NCBI GenBank assembly: GCA_950097015.1
Contig: CATNEN010000025.1
Location: 4,154,001 to 4,218,000, forward strand
From: Macrostomum hystrix
Taxonomy: Eukaryota; Animalia; Platyhelminthes
Direction: 5' to 3'
Length of the DNA stretch: 64,000 bases
Part shown: in pieces, positions 15,001 to 28,695 of the stretch
How positions within the stretch are numbered: position 1 is the first letter of the stretch
How the letters are laid out: each line of letters begins with the position of its first letter
The notes under the pieces: generated by a model
Seen by the model: the letters and a program-made list of their open reading frames with translations, nothing else
Told to the model about the DNA's origin: nothing
Database searches by the model: none
Program-made: the position numbers and the translations under genes

Positions 15001-18000
15001 AAGCTGTGAGATTTGCGAAGCTGTGAGATTTGTGTAGCTGTGAGATTTGTGTAGCTGTGAGATTTGTGTAGCTGTGAGATTTGTGTAGCTGTGAGATTTG
15101 TGAAGCTGTGAGATTTGCGAAGCTGTGAGATTTGTGTAGCTGTGAGATTTGTGAAGCTGTGAGATTTGTGAAGCTGTGAAGCTGTGAGATTTGCGAAGCT
15201 GTGAAGCTGTGAGATTAGTGAAGCTGTGTAGCTGTGAGATTTGTGTAGCTGTGAGATTTGTGTAGCTGTGAGATTTGTGAAGCTGTGAGATTTGCGAAGC
15301 TGTGAGATTTGTGTAGCTGTGAGATTTGTGTAGCTGTGAGATTTGTGTAGCTGTGAGATTTGTGTAGCTGTGAGATTTGTGTAGCTGTGAGATTTGCGAA
15401 GCTGTGAGATTTGTGTAGCTGTGAGATTTGTGAAGCTGTGAGATTTGTGAAGCTGTGAAGCTGTGAGATTTGCGAAGCTGTGAAGCTGTGAGATTAGTGA
15501 AGCTGTGTAGCTGTGAGATTTGTGTAGCTGTGAGATTTGTGTAGCTGTGAGATTTGTGAAGCTGTGAGATTTGTGTAGCTGTGAGATTTGTGGAGCTGTG
15601 AGATTTGTGAAGCTGTGAAGCTGTGAGATTTGTTTAGCTGTGAGATTTGCGAAGCTGTGAGATTTGTGTAGCTGTGAGATTTGTGTAGCTGTGAGATTTG
15701 TGTAGCTGTGAGATTTGTGTAGCTGTGAGATTTGTGTAGCTGTGAGATTTGTGAAGCTGTGAGATTTGTGTAGCTGTGAGATTTGTGGAGCTGTGAGATT
15801 TGTGAAGCTGTGAAGCTGTGAGATTTGTGTAGCTGTGAGATTTGCGAAGCTGTGAGATTTGTGTAGCTGTGAGATTTGTGTAGCTGTGAGATTTGTGTAG
15901 CTGTGAGATTTGCGAAGCTGTGAGATTTGTGAAGCTGTGAGATTTGTGTAGCTGTGAGATTTGTGTAGCTGTGAGATTTGCGAAGCTGTGAGATTTGTGT
16001 AGCTGTGAGATTTGTGAAGCTTTGAGATTTGTGAAGCTGTGAGATTTGTGTAGCTGTGAGATTTGCGAAGCTGTGAGATTTGCGAAGCTGTGAGATTTGT
16101 GTAGCTGTGAGATTTGCGAAGCTGTGAGATTTGTGAAGCTGTGAGATTTGTGAAGCTGTGAAGCTGTGAGATTTGCGAAGCTGTGAGATTTGTGTAGCTG
16201 TGAGATTTGTGTAGCTGTGAGATTTGTGTAGCTGTGAGATTTGTGAAGCTGTGAGATTTGTGAAGCTGTGAGATTTGTGAAGCTGTGAGATTTGTGTAGC
16301 TGTGAGATTTGTGTAGCTGTGAGATTTGTGAAGCTGTGAGATTTGTGAAGCTGTGAGATTTGTGTTGCTGTGAGATTTGTGAAGCTGTGAGATTTGTGTA
16401 GCTGTGAGATTTGTGTAGCTGTGAGATTTGTGTAGCTGTGAGATTTGCGAAGCTGTGAGATTTGTGAAGCTGTGAGATTTGCGAAGCTGTGAGATTTGTG
16501 TAGCTGTGAGATTTGCTAAGCTGTGAGATTTGTGTAGCTGTGAGATTTGTGTAGTAGCTGTGAGATTTGCTAAGCTGTGAGATTTGTGTAGCTGTGAGAT
16601 TTGTGAAGCTGTGAGATTTGTGTAGCTGTGAGATTTGTGTAGCTGTGAGATTTGTGTAGCTGTGAGATTTGTGTAGCTGTGAGATTTGCGAAGCTGTGAG
16701 ATTTGTGTAGCTGTGAGATTTGTGAAGCTGTGAGATTTGTGAAGCTGTGAAGCTGTGAGATTTGCGAAGCTGTGAGATTTGTGAAGCTGTGAGATTTGTG
16801 TAGCTGTGAGATTTGTGAAGCTGTGAGATTTGCGAAGCTGTGAGATTTGTGTAGCTGTGAGATTTGTGTAGCTGTGAGATTTGTGTAGCTGTGAGATTTG
16901 TGAAGCTGTGAGATTTGTGAAGCTGTGAGATTTGTGAAGCTGTGAGATTTGTGTAGCTGTGAGATTTGTGTAGCTGTGAGATTTGTGAAGCTGTGAGATT
17001 TGTGAAGCTGTGAGATTTGCGAAGCTGTGAGATTTGTGAAGCTGTGAGATTTGTGAAGCTGTGAGATTTGTGAAGCTGTGAGATTTGTGAAGCTGTGAGA
17101 TTTGTGAAGCTGTGAGATTTGTGAAGCTGTAAGATTTGTGAAGCTGTGAGATTTGTGAAGCTGTGAGATTTGTGAAGCTGTGAGATTTGTGTAGCTGTGA
17201 GATTTGTGTAGCTGTGAGATTTGTGAAGCTGTGAGATTTGTGAAGCTGTGAGATTTGTGTAGCTGTGAGATTTGTGAAGCTGTGAGATTTGTGAAGCTGT
17301 GAGATTTGTGTAGCTGTGAGATTTGTTTAGCTGTGAGATTTGCGAAGCTGTGAGATTTGTGTAGCTGTGAGATTTGTGTAGCTGTGAGATTTGTGTAGCT
17401 GTGAGATTTGTGTAGCTGTGAGATTTGCTAAGCTGTGAGATTTGTGTAGCTGTGAGATTTGCGAAGCTGTGAGATTTGTGTAGCTGTGAGATTTGTGTAG
17501 CTGTGAGATTTGTGAAGCTGTGAGATTTGCGAAGCTGTGAGATTTGTGTAGCTGTGAGATTTGTGTAGCTGTGAGATTTGTGTAGCTGTGAGATTTGTGT
17601 AGCTGTGAGATTTGTGTAGCTGTGAGATTTGCGAAGCTGTGAGATTTGTGTAGCTGTGAGATTTGTGAAGCTGTGAGATTTGTGAAGCTGTGAGATTTGT
17701 GAAGCTGTGAGATTTGTGTAGCTGTGAGATTTGTGTAGCTGTGAGATTTGTGTAGCTGTGAGATTTGCGAAGCTGTGAGATTTGTGAAGCTGTGAGATTT
17801 GTGTAGCTGTGAGATTTGTGTAGCTGTGAGATTTGCGAAGCTGTGAGATTTGTGTAGCTGTGAGATTTGTGAAGCTTTGAGATTTGTGAAGCTGTGAGAT
17901 TTGTGTAGCTGTGAGATTTGCGAAGCTGTGAGATTTGCGAAGCTGTGAGATTTGTGTAGCTGTGAGATTTGCGAAGCTGTGAGATTTGTGAAGCTGTGAG

Positions 18001-21000
18001 ATTTGTGAAGCTGTGAAGCTGTGAGATTTGCGAAGCTGTGAGATTTGTGTAGCTGTGAGATTTGTGTAGCTGTGAGATTTGTGTAGCTGTGAGATTTGTG
18101 AAGCTGTGAGATTTGTGAAGCTGTGAGATTTGTGAAGCTGTGAGATTTGTGTAGCTGTGAGATTTGTGTAGCTGTGAGATTTGTGAAGCTGTGAGATTTG
18201 TGAAGCTGTGAGATTTGTGTTGCTGTGAGATTTGTGAAGCTGTGAGATTTGTGTAGCTGTGAGATTTGTGTAGCTGTGAGATTTGTGTAGCTGTGAGATT
18301 TGCGAAGCTGTGAGATTTGTGAAGCTGTGAGATTTGCGAAGCTGTGAGATTTGTGTAGCTGTGAGATTTGCTAAGCTGTGAGATTTGTGTAGCTGTGAGA
18401 TTTGTGTAGTAGCTGTGAGATTTGCTAAGCTGTGAGATTTGTGTAGCTGTGAGATTTGTGAAGCTGTGAGATTTGTGTAGCTGTGAGATTTGTGTAGCTG
18501 TGAGATTTGTGTAGCTGTGAGATTTGTGTAGCTGTGAGATTTGCGAAGCTGTGAGATTTGTGTAGCTGTGAGATTTGTGAAGCTGTGAGATTTGTGAAGC
18601 TGTGAAGCTGTGAGATTTGCGAAGCTGTGAGATTTGTGAAGCTGTGAGATTTGTGTAGCTGTGAGATTTGTGAAGCTGTGAGATTTGCGAAGCTGTGAGA
18701 TTTGTGTAGCTGTGAGATTTGTGTAGCTGTGAGATTTGTGTAGCTGTGAGATTTGTGAAGCTGTGAGATTTGTGAAGCTGTGAGATTTGTGAAGCTGTGA
18801 GATTTGTGTAGCTGTGAGATTTGTGTAGCTGTGAGATTTGTGAAGCTGTGAGATTTGTGAAGCTGTGAGATTTGCGAAGCTGTGAGATTTGTGAAGCTGT
18901 GAGATTTGTGAAGCTGTGAGATTTGTGAAGCTGTGAGATTTGTGAAGCTGTGAGATTTGTGAAGCTGTGAGATTTGTGAAGCTGTAAGATTTGTGAAGCT
19001 GTGAGATTTGTGAAGCTGTGAGATTTGTGAAGCTGTGAGATTTGTGTAGCTGTGAGATTTGTGTAGCTGTGAGATTTGTGAAGCTGTGAGATTTGTGAAG
19101 CTGTGAGATTTGTGTAGCTGTGAGATTTGTGAAGCTGTGAGATTTGTGAAGCTGTGAGATTTGTGTAGCTGTGAGATTTGTTTAGCTGTGAGATTTGCGA
19201 AGCTGTGAGATTTGTGTAGCTGTGAGATTTGTGTAGCTGTGAGATTTGTGTAGCTGTGAGATTTGTGTAGCTGTGAGATTTGCTAAGCTGTGAGATTTGT
19301 GTAGCTGTGAGATTTGCGAAGCTGTGAGATTTGTGTAGCTGTGAGATTTGTGTAGCTGTGAGATTTGTGAAGCTGTGAGATTTGCGAAGCTGTGAGATTT
19401 GTGTAGCTGTGAGATTTGTGTAGCTGTGAGATTTGTGTAGCTGTGAGATTTGTGTAGCTGTGAGATTTGTGTAGCTGTGAGATTTGCGAAGCTGTGAGAT
19501 TTGTGTAGCTGTGAGATTTGTGAAGCTGTGAGATTTGTGAAGCTGTGAGATTTGTGAAGCTGTGAGATTTGCGAAGCTGTGAGATTTGTGAAGCTGTGAG
19601 ATTTGTGAAGCTGTGAGATTTGCGAAGCTGTGAGATTTGTGAAGCTGTGAGATTTGTGAAGCTGTGAGATTTGTGAAGCTGTAAGATTTGTGAAGCTGTG
19701 AGATTTGTGAAGCTGTGAGATTTGTGAAGCTGTGAGATTTGTGTAGCTGTGAGATTTGTGTAGCTGTGAGATTTGTGAAGCTGTGAGATTTGTGAAGCTG
19801 TGAGATTTGTGTAGCTGTGAGATTTGTGAAGCTGTGAGATTTGTGAAGCTGTGAGATTTGTGTAGCTGTGAGATTTGTGTAGCTGTGAGATTTGTGAAGC
19901 TGTGAGATTTGCGAAGCTGTGAGATTTGTGTAGCTGTGAGATTTGTGTAGCTGTGAGATTTGTGTAGCTGTGAGATTTGCTAAGCTGTGAGATTTGTGTA
20001 GCTGTGAGATTTGCGAAGCTGTGAGATTTGTGTAGCTGTGAGATTTGTGTAGCTGTGAGATTTGTGAAGCTGTGAGATTTGCGAAGCTGTGAGATTTGTG
20101 TAGCTGTGAGATTTGTGTAGCTGTGAGATTTGTGTAGCTGTGAGATTTGTGTAGCTGTGAGATTTGTGTAGCTGTGAGATTTGTGTAGCTGTGAGATTTG
20201 TGAAGCTGTGAGATTTGTGAAGCTGTGAAGCTGTGAGATTTGCGAAGCTGTGAAGCTGTGAGATTAGTGAAGCTGTGTAGCTGTGAGATTTGTGTAGCTG
20301 TGAGATTTGTGTAGCTGTGAGATTTGTGAAGCTGTGAGATTTGCGAAGCTGTGAGATTTGCGAAGCTGTGAGATTTGTGTAGCTGTGAGATTTGTGTAGC
20401 TGTGAGATTTGTGAAGCTGTGAGATTTGCGAAGCTGTGAGATTTGTGTAGCTGTGAGATTTGTGTAGCTGTGAGATTTGTGTAGCTGTGAGATTTGTGTA
20501 GCTGTGAGATTTGTGTAGCTGTGAGATTTGTGTAGCTGTGAGATTTGTGAAGCTGTGAGATTTGTGAAGCTGTGAAGCTGTGAGATTTGCGAAGCTGTGA
20601 AGCTGTGAGATTAGTGAAGCTGTGTAGCTGTGAGATTTGTGTAGCTGTGAGATTTGTGTAGCTGTGAGATTTGTGAAGCTGTGAGATTTGCGAAGCTGTG
20701 AGATTTGTGTAGCTGTGAGATTTGTGTAGCTGTGAGATTTGTGTAGCTGTGAGATTTGTGAAGCTGTGAGATTTGTGTAGCTGTGAGATTTGCGAAGCTG
20801 TGAGATTTGTGTAGCTGTGAGATTTGTGAAGCTGTGAGATTTGTGAAGCTGTGAAGCTGTGAGATTTGCGAAGCTGTGAAGCTGTGAGATTAGTGAAGCT
20901 GTGTAGCTGTGAGATTTGTGTAGCTGTGAGATTTGTGTAGCTGTGAGATTTGTGAAGCTGTGAGATTTGTGTAGCTGTGAGATTTGTGGAGCTGTGAGAT

Positions 21001-24000
21001 TTGTGAAGCTGTGAAGCTGTGAGATTTGTTTAGCTGTGAGATTTGCGAAGCTGTGAGATTTGTGTAGCTGTGAGATTTGTGTAGCTGTGAGATTTGTGTA
21101 GCTGTGAGATTTGTGTAGCTGTGAGATTTGTGTAGCTGTGAGATTTGTGAAGCTGTGAGATTTGTGTAGCTGTGAGATTTGTGAAGCTGTGAGATTTGTG
21201 GAGCTGTGAGATTTGTGAAGCTGTGAAGCTGTGAGATTTGTGTAGCTGTGAGATTTGCGAAGCTGTGAGATTTGTGTAGCTGTGAGATTTGTGTAGCTGT
21301 GAGATTTGTGTAGCTGTGAGATTTGCGAAGCTGTGAGATTTGTGTAGCTGTGAGATTTGTGAAGCTGTGAGATTTGTGGAGCTGTGAGATTTGTGAAGCT
21401 GTGAAGCTGTGAGATTTGTGTAGCTGTGAGATTTGCGAAGCTGTGAGATTTGTGTAGCTGTGAGATTTGTGTAGCTGTGAGATTTGTGGAGCTGTGAGAT
21501 TTGTGAAGCTGTGAAGCTGTGAGATTTGTTTAGCTGTGAGATTTGCGAAGCTGTGAGATTTGTGTAGCTGTGAGATTTGTGTAGCTGTGAGATTTGTGTA
21601 GCTGTGAGATTTGTGTAGCTGTGAGATTTGTGTAGCTGTGAGATTTGTGAAGCTGTGAGATTTGTGTAGCTGTGAGATTTGTGAAGCTGTGAGATTTGTG
21701 GAGCTGTGAGATTTGTGAAGCTGTGAAGCTGTGAGATTTGTGTAGCTGTGAGATTTGCGAAGCTGTGAGATTTGTGTAGCTGTGAGATTTGTGTAGCTGT
21801 GAGATTTGTGTAGCTGTGAGATTTGCGAAGCTGTGAGATTTGTGAAGCTGTGAGATTTGTGTAGCTGTGAGATTTGTGTAGCTGTGAGATTTGCGAAGCT
21901 GTGAGATTTGTGTAGCTGTGAGATTTGTGAAGCTTTGAGATTTGTGAAGCTGTGAGATTTGTGTAGCTGTGAGATTTGCGAAGCTGTGAGATTTGCGAAG
22001 CTGTGAGATTTGTGTAGCTGTGAGATTTGCGAAGCTGTGAGATTTGTGAAGCTGTGAGATTTGTGAAGCTGTGAAGCTGTGAGATTTGCGAAGCTGTGAG
22101 ATTTGTGTAGCTGTGAGATTTGTGTAGCTGTGAGATTTGTGTAGCTGTGAGATTTGTGTAGCTGTGAGATTTGTGTAGCTGTGAGATTTGTGTAGCTGTG
22201 AGATTTGTGAAGCTGTGAGATTTGTGAAGCTGTGAGATTTGTGTAGCTGTGAGATTTGTGTAGCTGTGAGATTTGTGAAGCTGTGAGATTTGTGAAGCTG
22301 TGAGATTTGTGTTGCTGTGAGATTTGTGAAGCTGTGAGATTTGTGTAGCTGTGAGATTTGTGTAGCTGTGAGATTTGTGTAGCTGTGAGATTTGCGAAGC
22401 TGTGAGATTTGTGAAGCTGTGAGATTTGCGAAGCTGTGAGATTTGTGAAGCTGTGAGATTTGTGAAGCTGTGAGATTTGTGTAGCTGTGAGATTTGTGTA
22501 GCTGTGAGATTTGTGAAGCTGTGAGATTTGTGAAGCTGTGAGATTTGTGTAGCTGTGAGATTTGTGAAGCTGTGAGATTTGTGAAGCTGTGAGATTTGTG
22601 TAGCTGTGAGATTTGTTTAGCTGTGAGATTTGCGAAGCTGTGAGATTTGTGTAGCTGTGAGATTTGTGTAGCTGTGAGATTTGTGTAGCTGTGAGATTTG
22701 TGTAGCTGTGAGATTTGCTAAGCTGTGAGATTTGTGTAGCTGTGAGATTTGCGAAGCTGTGAGATTTGTGTAGCTGTGAGATTTGTGTAGCTGTGAGATT
22801 TGTGAAGCTGTGAGATTTGCGAAGCTGTGAGATTTGTGTAGCTGTGAGATTTGTGTAGCTGTGAGATTTGTGTAGCTGTGAGATTTGTGTAGCTGTGAGA
22901 TTTGTGTAGCTGTGAGATTTGCGAAGCTGTGAGATTTGTGTAGCTGTGAGATTTGTGAAGCTGTGAGATTTGTGAAGCTGTGAGATTTGTGAAGCTGTGA
23001 GATTTGCGAAGCTGTGAGATTTGTGAAGCTGTGAGATTTGTGAAGCTGTGAGATTTGCGAAGCTGTGAGATTTGTGAAGCTGTGAGATTTGTGAAGCTGT
23101 GAGATTTGTGAAGCTGTAAGATTTGTGAAGCTGTGAGATTTGTGAAGCTGTGAGATTTGTGAAGCTGTGAGATTTGTGTAGCTGTGAGATTTGTGTAGCT
23201 GTGAGATTTGTGAAGCTGTGAGATTTGTGAAGCTGTGAGATTTGTGTAGCTGTGAGATTTGTGAAGCTGTGAGATTTGTGAAGCTGTGAGATTTGTGTAG
23301 CTGTGAGATTTGTGTAGCTGTGAGATTTGTGAAGCTGTGAGATTTGCGAAGCTGTGAGATTTGTGTAGCTGTGAGATTTGTGTAGCTGTGAGATTTGTGT
23401 AGCTGTGAGATTTGCTAAGCTGTGAGATTTGTGTAGCTGTGAGATTTGCGAAGCTGTGAGATTTGTGTAGCTGTGAGATTTGTGTAGCTGTGAGATTTGT
23501 GAAGCTGTGAGATTTGCGAAGCTGTGAGATTTGTGTAGCTGTGAGATTTGTGTAGCTGTGAGATTTGTGTAGCTGTGAGATTTGTGTAGCTGTGAGATTT
23601 GTGTAGCTGTGAGATTTGTGTAGCTGTGAGATTTGTGAAGCTGTGAGATTTGTGAAGCTGTGAAGCTGTGAGATTTGCGAAGCTGTGAAGCTGTGAGATT
23701 AGTGAAGCTGTGTAGCTGTGAGATTTGTGTAGCTGTGAGATTTGTGTAGCTGTGAGATTTGTGAAGCTGTGAGATTTGCGAAGCTGTGAGATTTGCGAAG
23801 CTGTGAGATTTGTGTAGCTGTGAGATTTGTGTAGCTGTGAGATTTGTGAAGCTGTGAGATTTGCGAAGCTGTGAGATTTGTGTAGCTGTGAGATTTGTGT
23901 AGCTGTGAGATTTGTGTAGCTGTGAGATTTGTGTAGCTGTGAGATTTGTGTAGCTGTGAGATTTGTGTAGCTGTGAGATTTGTGAAGCTGTGAGATTTGT

Positions 24001-26826
24001 GAAGCTGTGAAGCTGTGAGATTTGCGAAGCTGTGAAGCTGTGAGATTAGTGAAGCTGTGTAGCTGTGAGATTTGTGTAGCTGTGAGATTTGTGTAGCTGT
24101 GAGATTTGTGAAGCTGTGAGATTTGCGAAGCTGTGAGATTTGTGTAGCTGTGAGATTTGTGTAGCTGTGAGATTTGTGTAGCTGTGAGATTTGTGAAGCT
24201 GTGAGATTTGTGTAGCTGTGAGATTTGCGAAGCTGTGAGATTTGTGTAGCTGTGAGATTTGTGAAGCTGTGAGATTTGTGAAGCTGTGAAGCTGTGAGAT
24301 TTGCGAAGCTGTGAAGCTGTGAGATTAGTGAAGCTGTGTAGCTGTGAGATTTGTGTAGCTGTGAGATTTGTGTAGCTGTGAGATTTGTGAAGCTGTGAGA
24401 TTTGTGTAGCTGTGAGATTTGTGGAGCTGTGAGATTTGTGAAGCTGTGAAGCTGTGAGATTTGTTTAGCTGTGAGATTTGCGAAGCTGTGAGATTTGTGT
24501 AGCTGTGAGATTTGTGTAGCTGTGAGATTTGTGTAGCTGTGAGATTTGTGTAGCTGTGAGATTTGTGTAGCTGTGAGATTTGTGAAGCTGTGAGATTTGT
24601 GTAGCTGTGAGATTTGTGAAGCTGTGAGATTTGTGGAGCTGTGAGATTTGTGAAGCTGTGAAGCTGTGAGATTTGTGTAGCTGTGAGATTTGCGAAGCTG
24701 TGAGATTTGTGTAGCTGTGAGATTTGTGTAGCTGTGAGATTTGTGTAGCTGTGAGATTTGCGAAGCTGTGAGATTTGTGTAGCTGTGAGATTTGTGAAGC
24801 TGTGAGATTTGTGGAGCTGTGAGATTTGTGAAGCTGTGAAGCTGTGAGATTTGTGTAGCTGTGAGATTTGCGAAGCTGTGAGATTTGTGTAGCTGTGAGA
24901 TTTGTGTAGCTGTGAGATTTGTGGAGCTGTGAGATTTGTGAAGCTGTGAAGCTGTGAGATTTGTTTAGCTGTGAGATTTGCGAAGCTGTGAGATTTGTGT
25001 AGCTGTGAGATTTGTGTAGCTGTGAGATTTGTGTAGCTGTGAGATTTGTGTAGCTGTGAGATTTGTGTAGCTGTGAGATTTGTGAAGCTGTGAGATTTGT
25101 GTAGCTGTGAGATTTGTGAAGCTGTGAGATTTGTGGAGCTGTGAGATTTGTGAAGCTGTGAAGCTGTGAGATTTGTGTAGCTGTGAGATTTGCGAAGCTG
25201 TGAGATTTGTGTAGCTGTGAGATTTGTGTAGCTGTGAGATTTGTGTAGCTGTGAGATTTGCGAAGCTGTGAGATTTGTGAAGCTGTGAGATTTGTGTAGC
25301 TGTGAGATTTGTGTAGCTGTGAGATTTGCGAAGCTGTGAGATTTGTGTAGCTGTGAGATTTGTGAAGCTTTGAGATTTGTGAAGCTGTGAGATTTGTGTA
25401 GCTGTGAGATTTGCGAAGCTGTGAGATTTGCGAAGCTGTGAGATTTGTGTAGCTGTGAGATTTGCGAAGCTGTGAGATTTGTGAAGCTGTGAGATTTGTG
25501 AAGCTGTGAAGCTGTGAGATTTGCGAAGCTGTGAGATTTGTGTAGCTGTGAGATTTGTGTAGCTGTGAGATTTGTGTAGCTGTGAGATTTGTGTAGCTGT
25601 GAGATTTGTGTAGCTGTGAGATTTGTGTAGCTGTGAGATTTGTGAAGCTGTGAGATTTGTGAAGCTGTGAGATTTGTGTAGCTGTGAGATTTGTGTAGCT
25701 GTGAGATTTGTGAAGCTGTGAGATTTGTGAAGCTGTGAGATTTGTGTTGCTGTGAGATTTGTGAAGCTGTGAGATTTGTGTAGCTGTGAGATTTGTGTAG
25801 CTGTGAGATTTGTGTAGCTGTGAGATTTGCGAAGCTGTGAGATTTGTGAAGCTGTGAGATTTGCGAAGCTGTGAGATTTGTGTAGCTGTGAGATTTGCTA
25901 AGCTGTGAGATTTGTGTAGCTGTGAGATTTGTGTAGTAGCTGTGAGATTTGCTAAGCTGTGAGATTTGTGTAGCTGTGAGATTTGTGAAGCTGTGAGATT
26001 TGTGTAGCTGTGAGATTTGTGTAGCTGTGAGATTTGTGTAGCTGTGAGATTTGTGTAGCTGTGAGATTTGCGAAGCTGTGAGATTTGTGTAGCTGTGAGA
26101 TTTGTGAAGCTGTGAGATTTGTGAAGCTGTGAAGCTGTGAGATTTGCGAAGCTGTGAGATTTGTGAAGCTGTGAGATTTGTGTAGCTGTGAGATTTGTGA
26201 AGCTGTGAGATTTGCGAAGCTGTGAGATTTGTGTAGCTGTGAGATTTGTGTAGCTGTGAGATTTGTGTAGCTGTGAGATTTGTGAAGCTGTGAGATTTGT
26301 GAAGCTGTGAGATTTGTGAAGCTGTGAGATTTGTGTAGCTGTGAGATTTGTGTAGCTGTGAGATTTGTGAAGCTGTGAGATTTGTGAAGCTGTGAGATTT
26401 GCGAAGCTGTGAGATTTGTGAAGCTGTGAGATTTGTGAAGCTGTGAGATTTGTGAAGCTGTGAGATTTGTGAAGCTGTGAGATTTGTGAAGCTGTGAGAT
26501 TTGTGAAGCTGTAAGATTTGTGAAGCTGTGAGATTTGTGAAGCTGTGAGATTTGTGAAGCTGTGAGATTTGTGTAGCTGTGAGATTTGTGTAGCTGTGAG
26601 ATTTGTGAAGCTGTGAGATTTGTGAAGCTGTGAGATTTGTGTAGCTGTGAGATTTGTGAAGCTGTGAGATTTGTGAAGCTGTGAGATTTGTGAAGCTGTG
26701 AGATTTGTGAAGCTGTGAGATTTGTGTAGCTGTGAGATTTGTGAAGCTGTGAGATTTGTGAAGCTGTGAGATTTGTGAAGCTGTGAGATTCGGGAAGCTG
26801 TGAGATTCAGAGGGCTGTGAGATTTC
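1..26826. repeat. 17-bp satellite array (AGCTGTGAGATTTG-NNN), roughly 1,570 units, running off the left edge of the window
   Basis: Period 17 is read directly (CTGTGAG at 1, 18, 35...). Variation is almost confined to the 3 nt after TTTG (TGT, TGA, CGA, CTA; rarer CGT, TTT, TGG), plus an 8-bp deleted unit (AGCTGTGA). Units degenerate at about 26790-26826, then unique AT-rich DNA begins. Confidence 0.98.
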
Positions 26827-28087
26827 AAGAAACTTATAGTCATATTTATTTTCATATTACTTCATATTACTATGAAGTTGTTGTTACAAAAAGTCATAGC
26901 CAAAATGAATAAAAATGCATAGCACGATGTATAGCTGTCTCTATTGGACAGGATTTTATGCAAACTTGTCTCTCGTGTAAAGCAAATAAATAATTGTGCG
27001 AGTTGCACCATTGTTCACGACTAGAGTTTTTAGCTGGCTTTGTCTGATTCGGCAAATCTTTTGATATAATTTAAAGCCTGGGTTTGCATTTCTCCTGTTT
27101 CTTTGCGGTAACAAAAGCAGATTTTATTATTCCTTATGACAAAAGGCATCTAAATAGCCATTGTGCTAGCGAATAGTCGTTTGCTCACTGCCTTATACTC
27201 ACTGGTAGGCTAAATAAATTGAAGCTCTCAGGTTTGTTATAAAGATAATTTCTCAGATTTTCACCTGGCTGTCATCAGCGCGGGTCACAATGGCCCATCA
27301 ACTTATCTGCATGGAAGCTTATAAAGTGAGCAGCTGGACAATACCTTATAGAATGAGGCGGGTATTGACCCATGCCAGCTAAAGCCACTGCTGCAAGGTG
27401 TTTTTTAGGTCTCTGCAATGAGAACGTGAGCAACGTGCTTGAGAACTCTGAAAAGAAGAATAGGGAGGGTCTAAATAGGAGTGTATGCATACCTTAAATG
27501 GTAGCCCTTTATTTATTGCAGTTAGTTTTCGCTCTCAGTGAAGCGAAAAGCTAATATGCATTCCTTTTATTTCACCAGAAGAATAGGTAAAAGTGACAAT
27601 TCTCAATATTGTCATCGCTCATTATGGTATTGCGTTTTGTTTTAATGTAATCAGTTTAAATTTTATATTTTCGAATTAAGTTTTTCATGTTTTTCAAACA
27701 CGTCTGTAAGCCTCAACTGAATTAAGATTAGCAAAAAAATAAAAAACACGACAATTGAAAGCGGTTTACCTTTACCGATTGATAAAAAAATCACGTTTAG
27801 CCGAGAAGTTTTTATTGATTACATTAGATACCACTTTAACAATGTGATTGGATGAGGGATAGTAATGAGCATAAAACAGATTTCTTTGTTTAGTTTTCTC
27901 TGCTCTAAAATATTCCAGCTTTGATTGTATTTCTATTAATATAGCTAGGTGATGGCTTGTTTAGTTACTGCCAATTCATCATCGCGTTCTCGCTAATGAG
28001 AGAAAGTACGTGCTAGGGTGAGCGTGCTTTATGAGTTGAGTGTCACTGACGGTCAGAACTCGTCTAGTCCGGGACTCAGCGGCTAAC

Positions 28088-28695
28088 TTAGGAGCACGGG
28101 GTCTTGAAGATGATGAAGACCTGCTTGCCAATCTGGAACACGAACGAGTATCCGGGCTCGTGGCCGTAGTAGCACCAGAACTGGCCCTGGGCGATCACGA
28201 CGTGCCACAGCTGGCCATACAGCCGGTCAAGGGCCAGCTTGATGCGCTTCGGAACGTCCTGTGGGATTGCAATGTGGGAACGATTGGGATTATTCTTAGG
28301 AACAAAATCTTCGTGGTTGGCCAAGAAGCTGACGGTGGCGCCAAACTCACGCTCATCTTGCTGCACTCCTTCAGGGCCTCCTTGGTGACCTCGACGACCT
28401 TGATCTGCCACTCAAGGGTCATGTCGCCGCTGATGTAGATGACATCAGATGGCAGACTGCCGGAGTAGCTGGCACGGGCCTGCTCCTGGATCTCCTTGGC
28501 GTTCAGGCCGAGGACGTCGCAGAAGACCTCCAGCTGGATGACGCCGGTGTTCTCCTTGTCGAACAGGCGCTTCCACTTGGTCACAAAGTTCTCATCGTAG
28601 TTCATCTTGCGGGCATAGATGATCAGATCGTCGACGGTGACGTAACCGTGAGCCTGACGGTCGATGGCGAGCCAAGCCTCCTTGAAAGCCTCCAT
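28088..28695 (-). CDS. Tegument allergen-like (TAL) protein: two EF-hand-like loops plus a C-terminal dynein-light-chain-like domain, 171 aa, 2 exons
   Basis: Exon 1 is 28695-28351 (MEAFKEAWLAIDRQAHGYVTVDDL...FDKENTGVIQLEVF...ECSKMS). The intron is 28350-28259 (GTGAGT...CCCACAG, phase 0). Exon 2 is 28258-28088 (DVPKRIKLALDRLYGQLWHVVIAQGQFWCYYGHEPGYSFVFQIGKQVFIIFKTPCS*). Splicing joins the two overlapping ORFs of the track. The EF-hand plus DLC architecture is the platyhelminth TAL family. Confidence 0.88.

Noticed and set aside
1-26826. Satellite as a CRISPR array or telomere
   Set aside because: There are no unique spacers and no cas genes, and the context is eukaryotic. The unit is not TTAGGG-like.
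24465-26855. 796-aa repetitive ORF (LTASQISQLHKSHSFTN)n on the minus strand
   Set aside because: It is a by-product of the 17-bp satellite. The common units have no stop on the minus strand, and this stretch is open only because CTA units are rare there. There is no non-repetitive domain.
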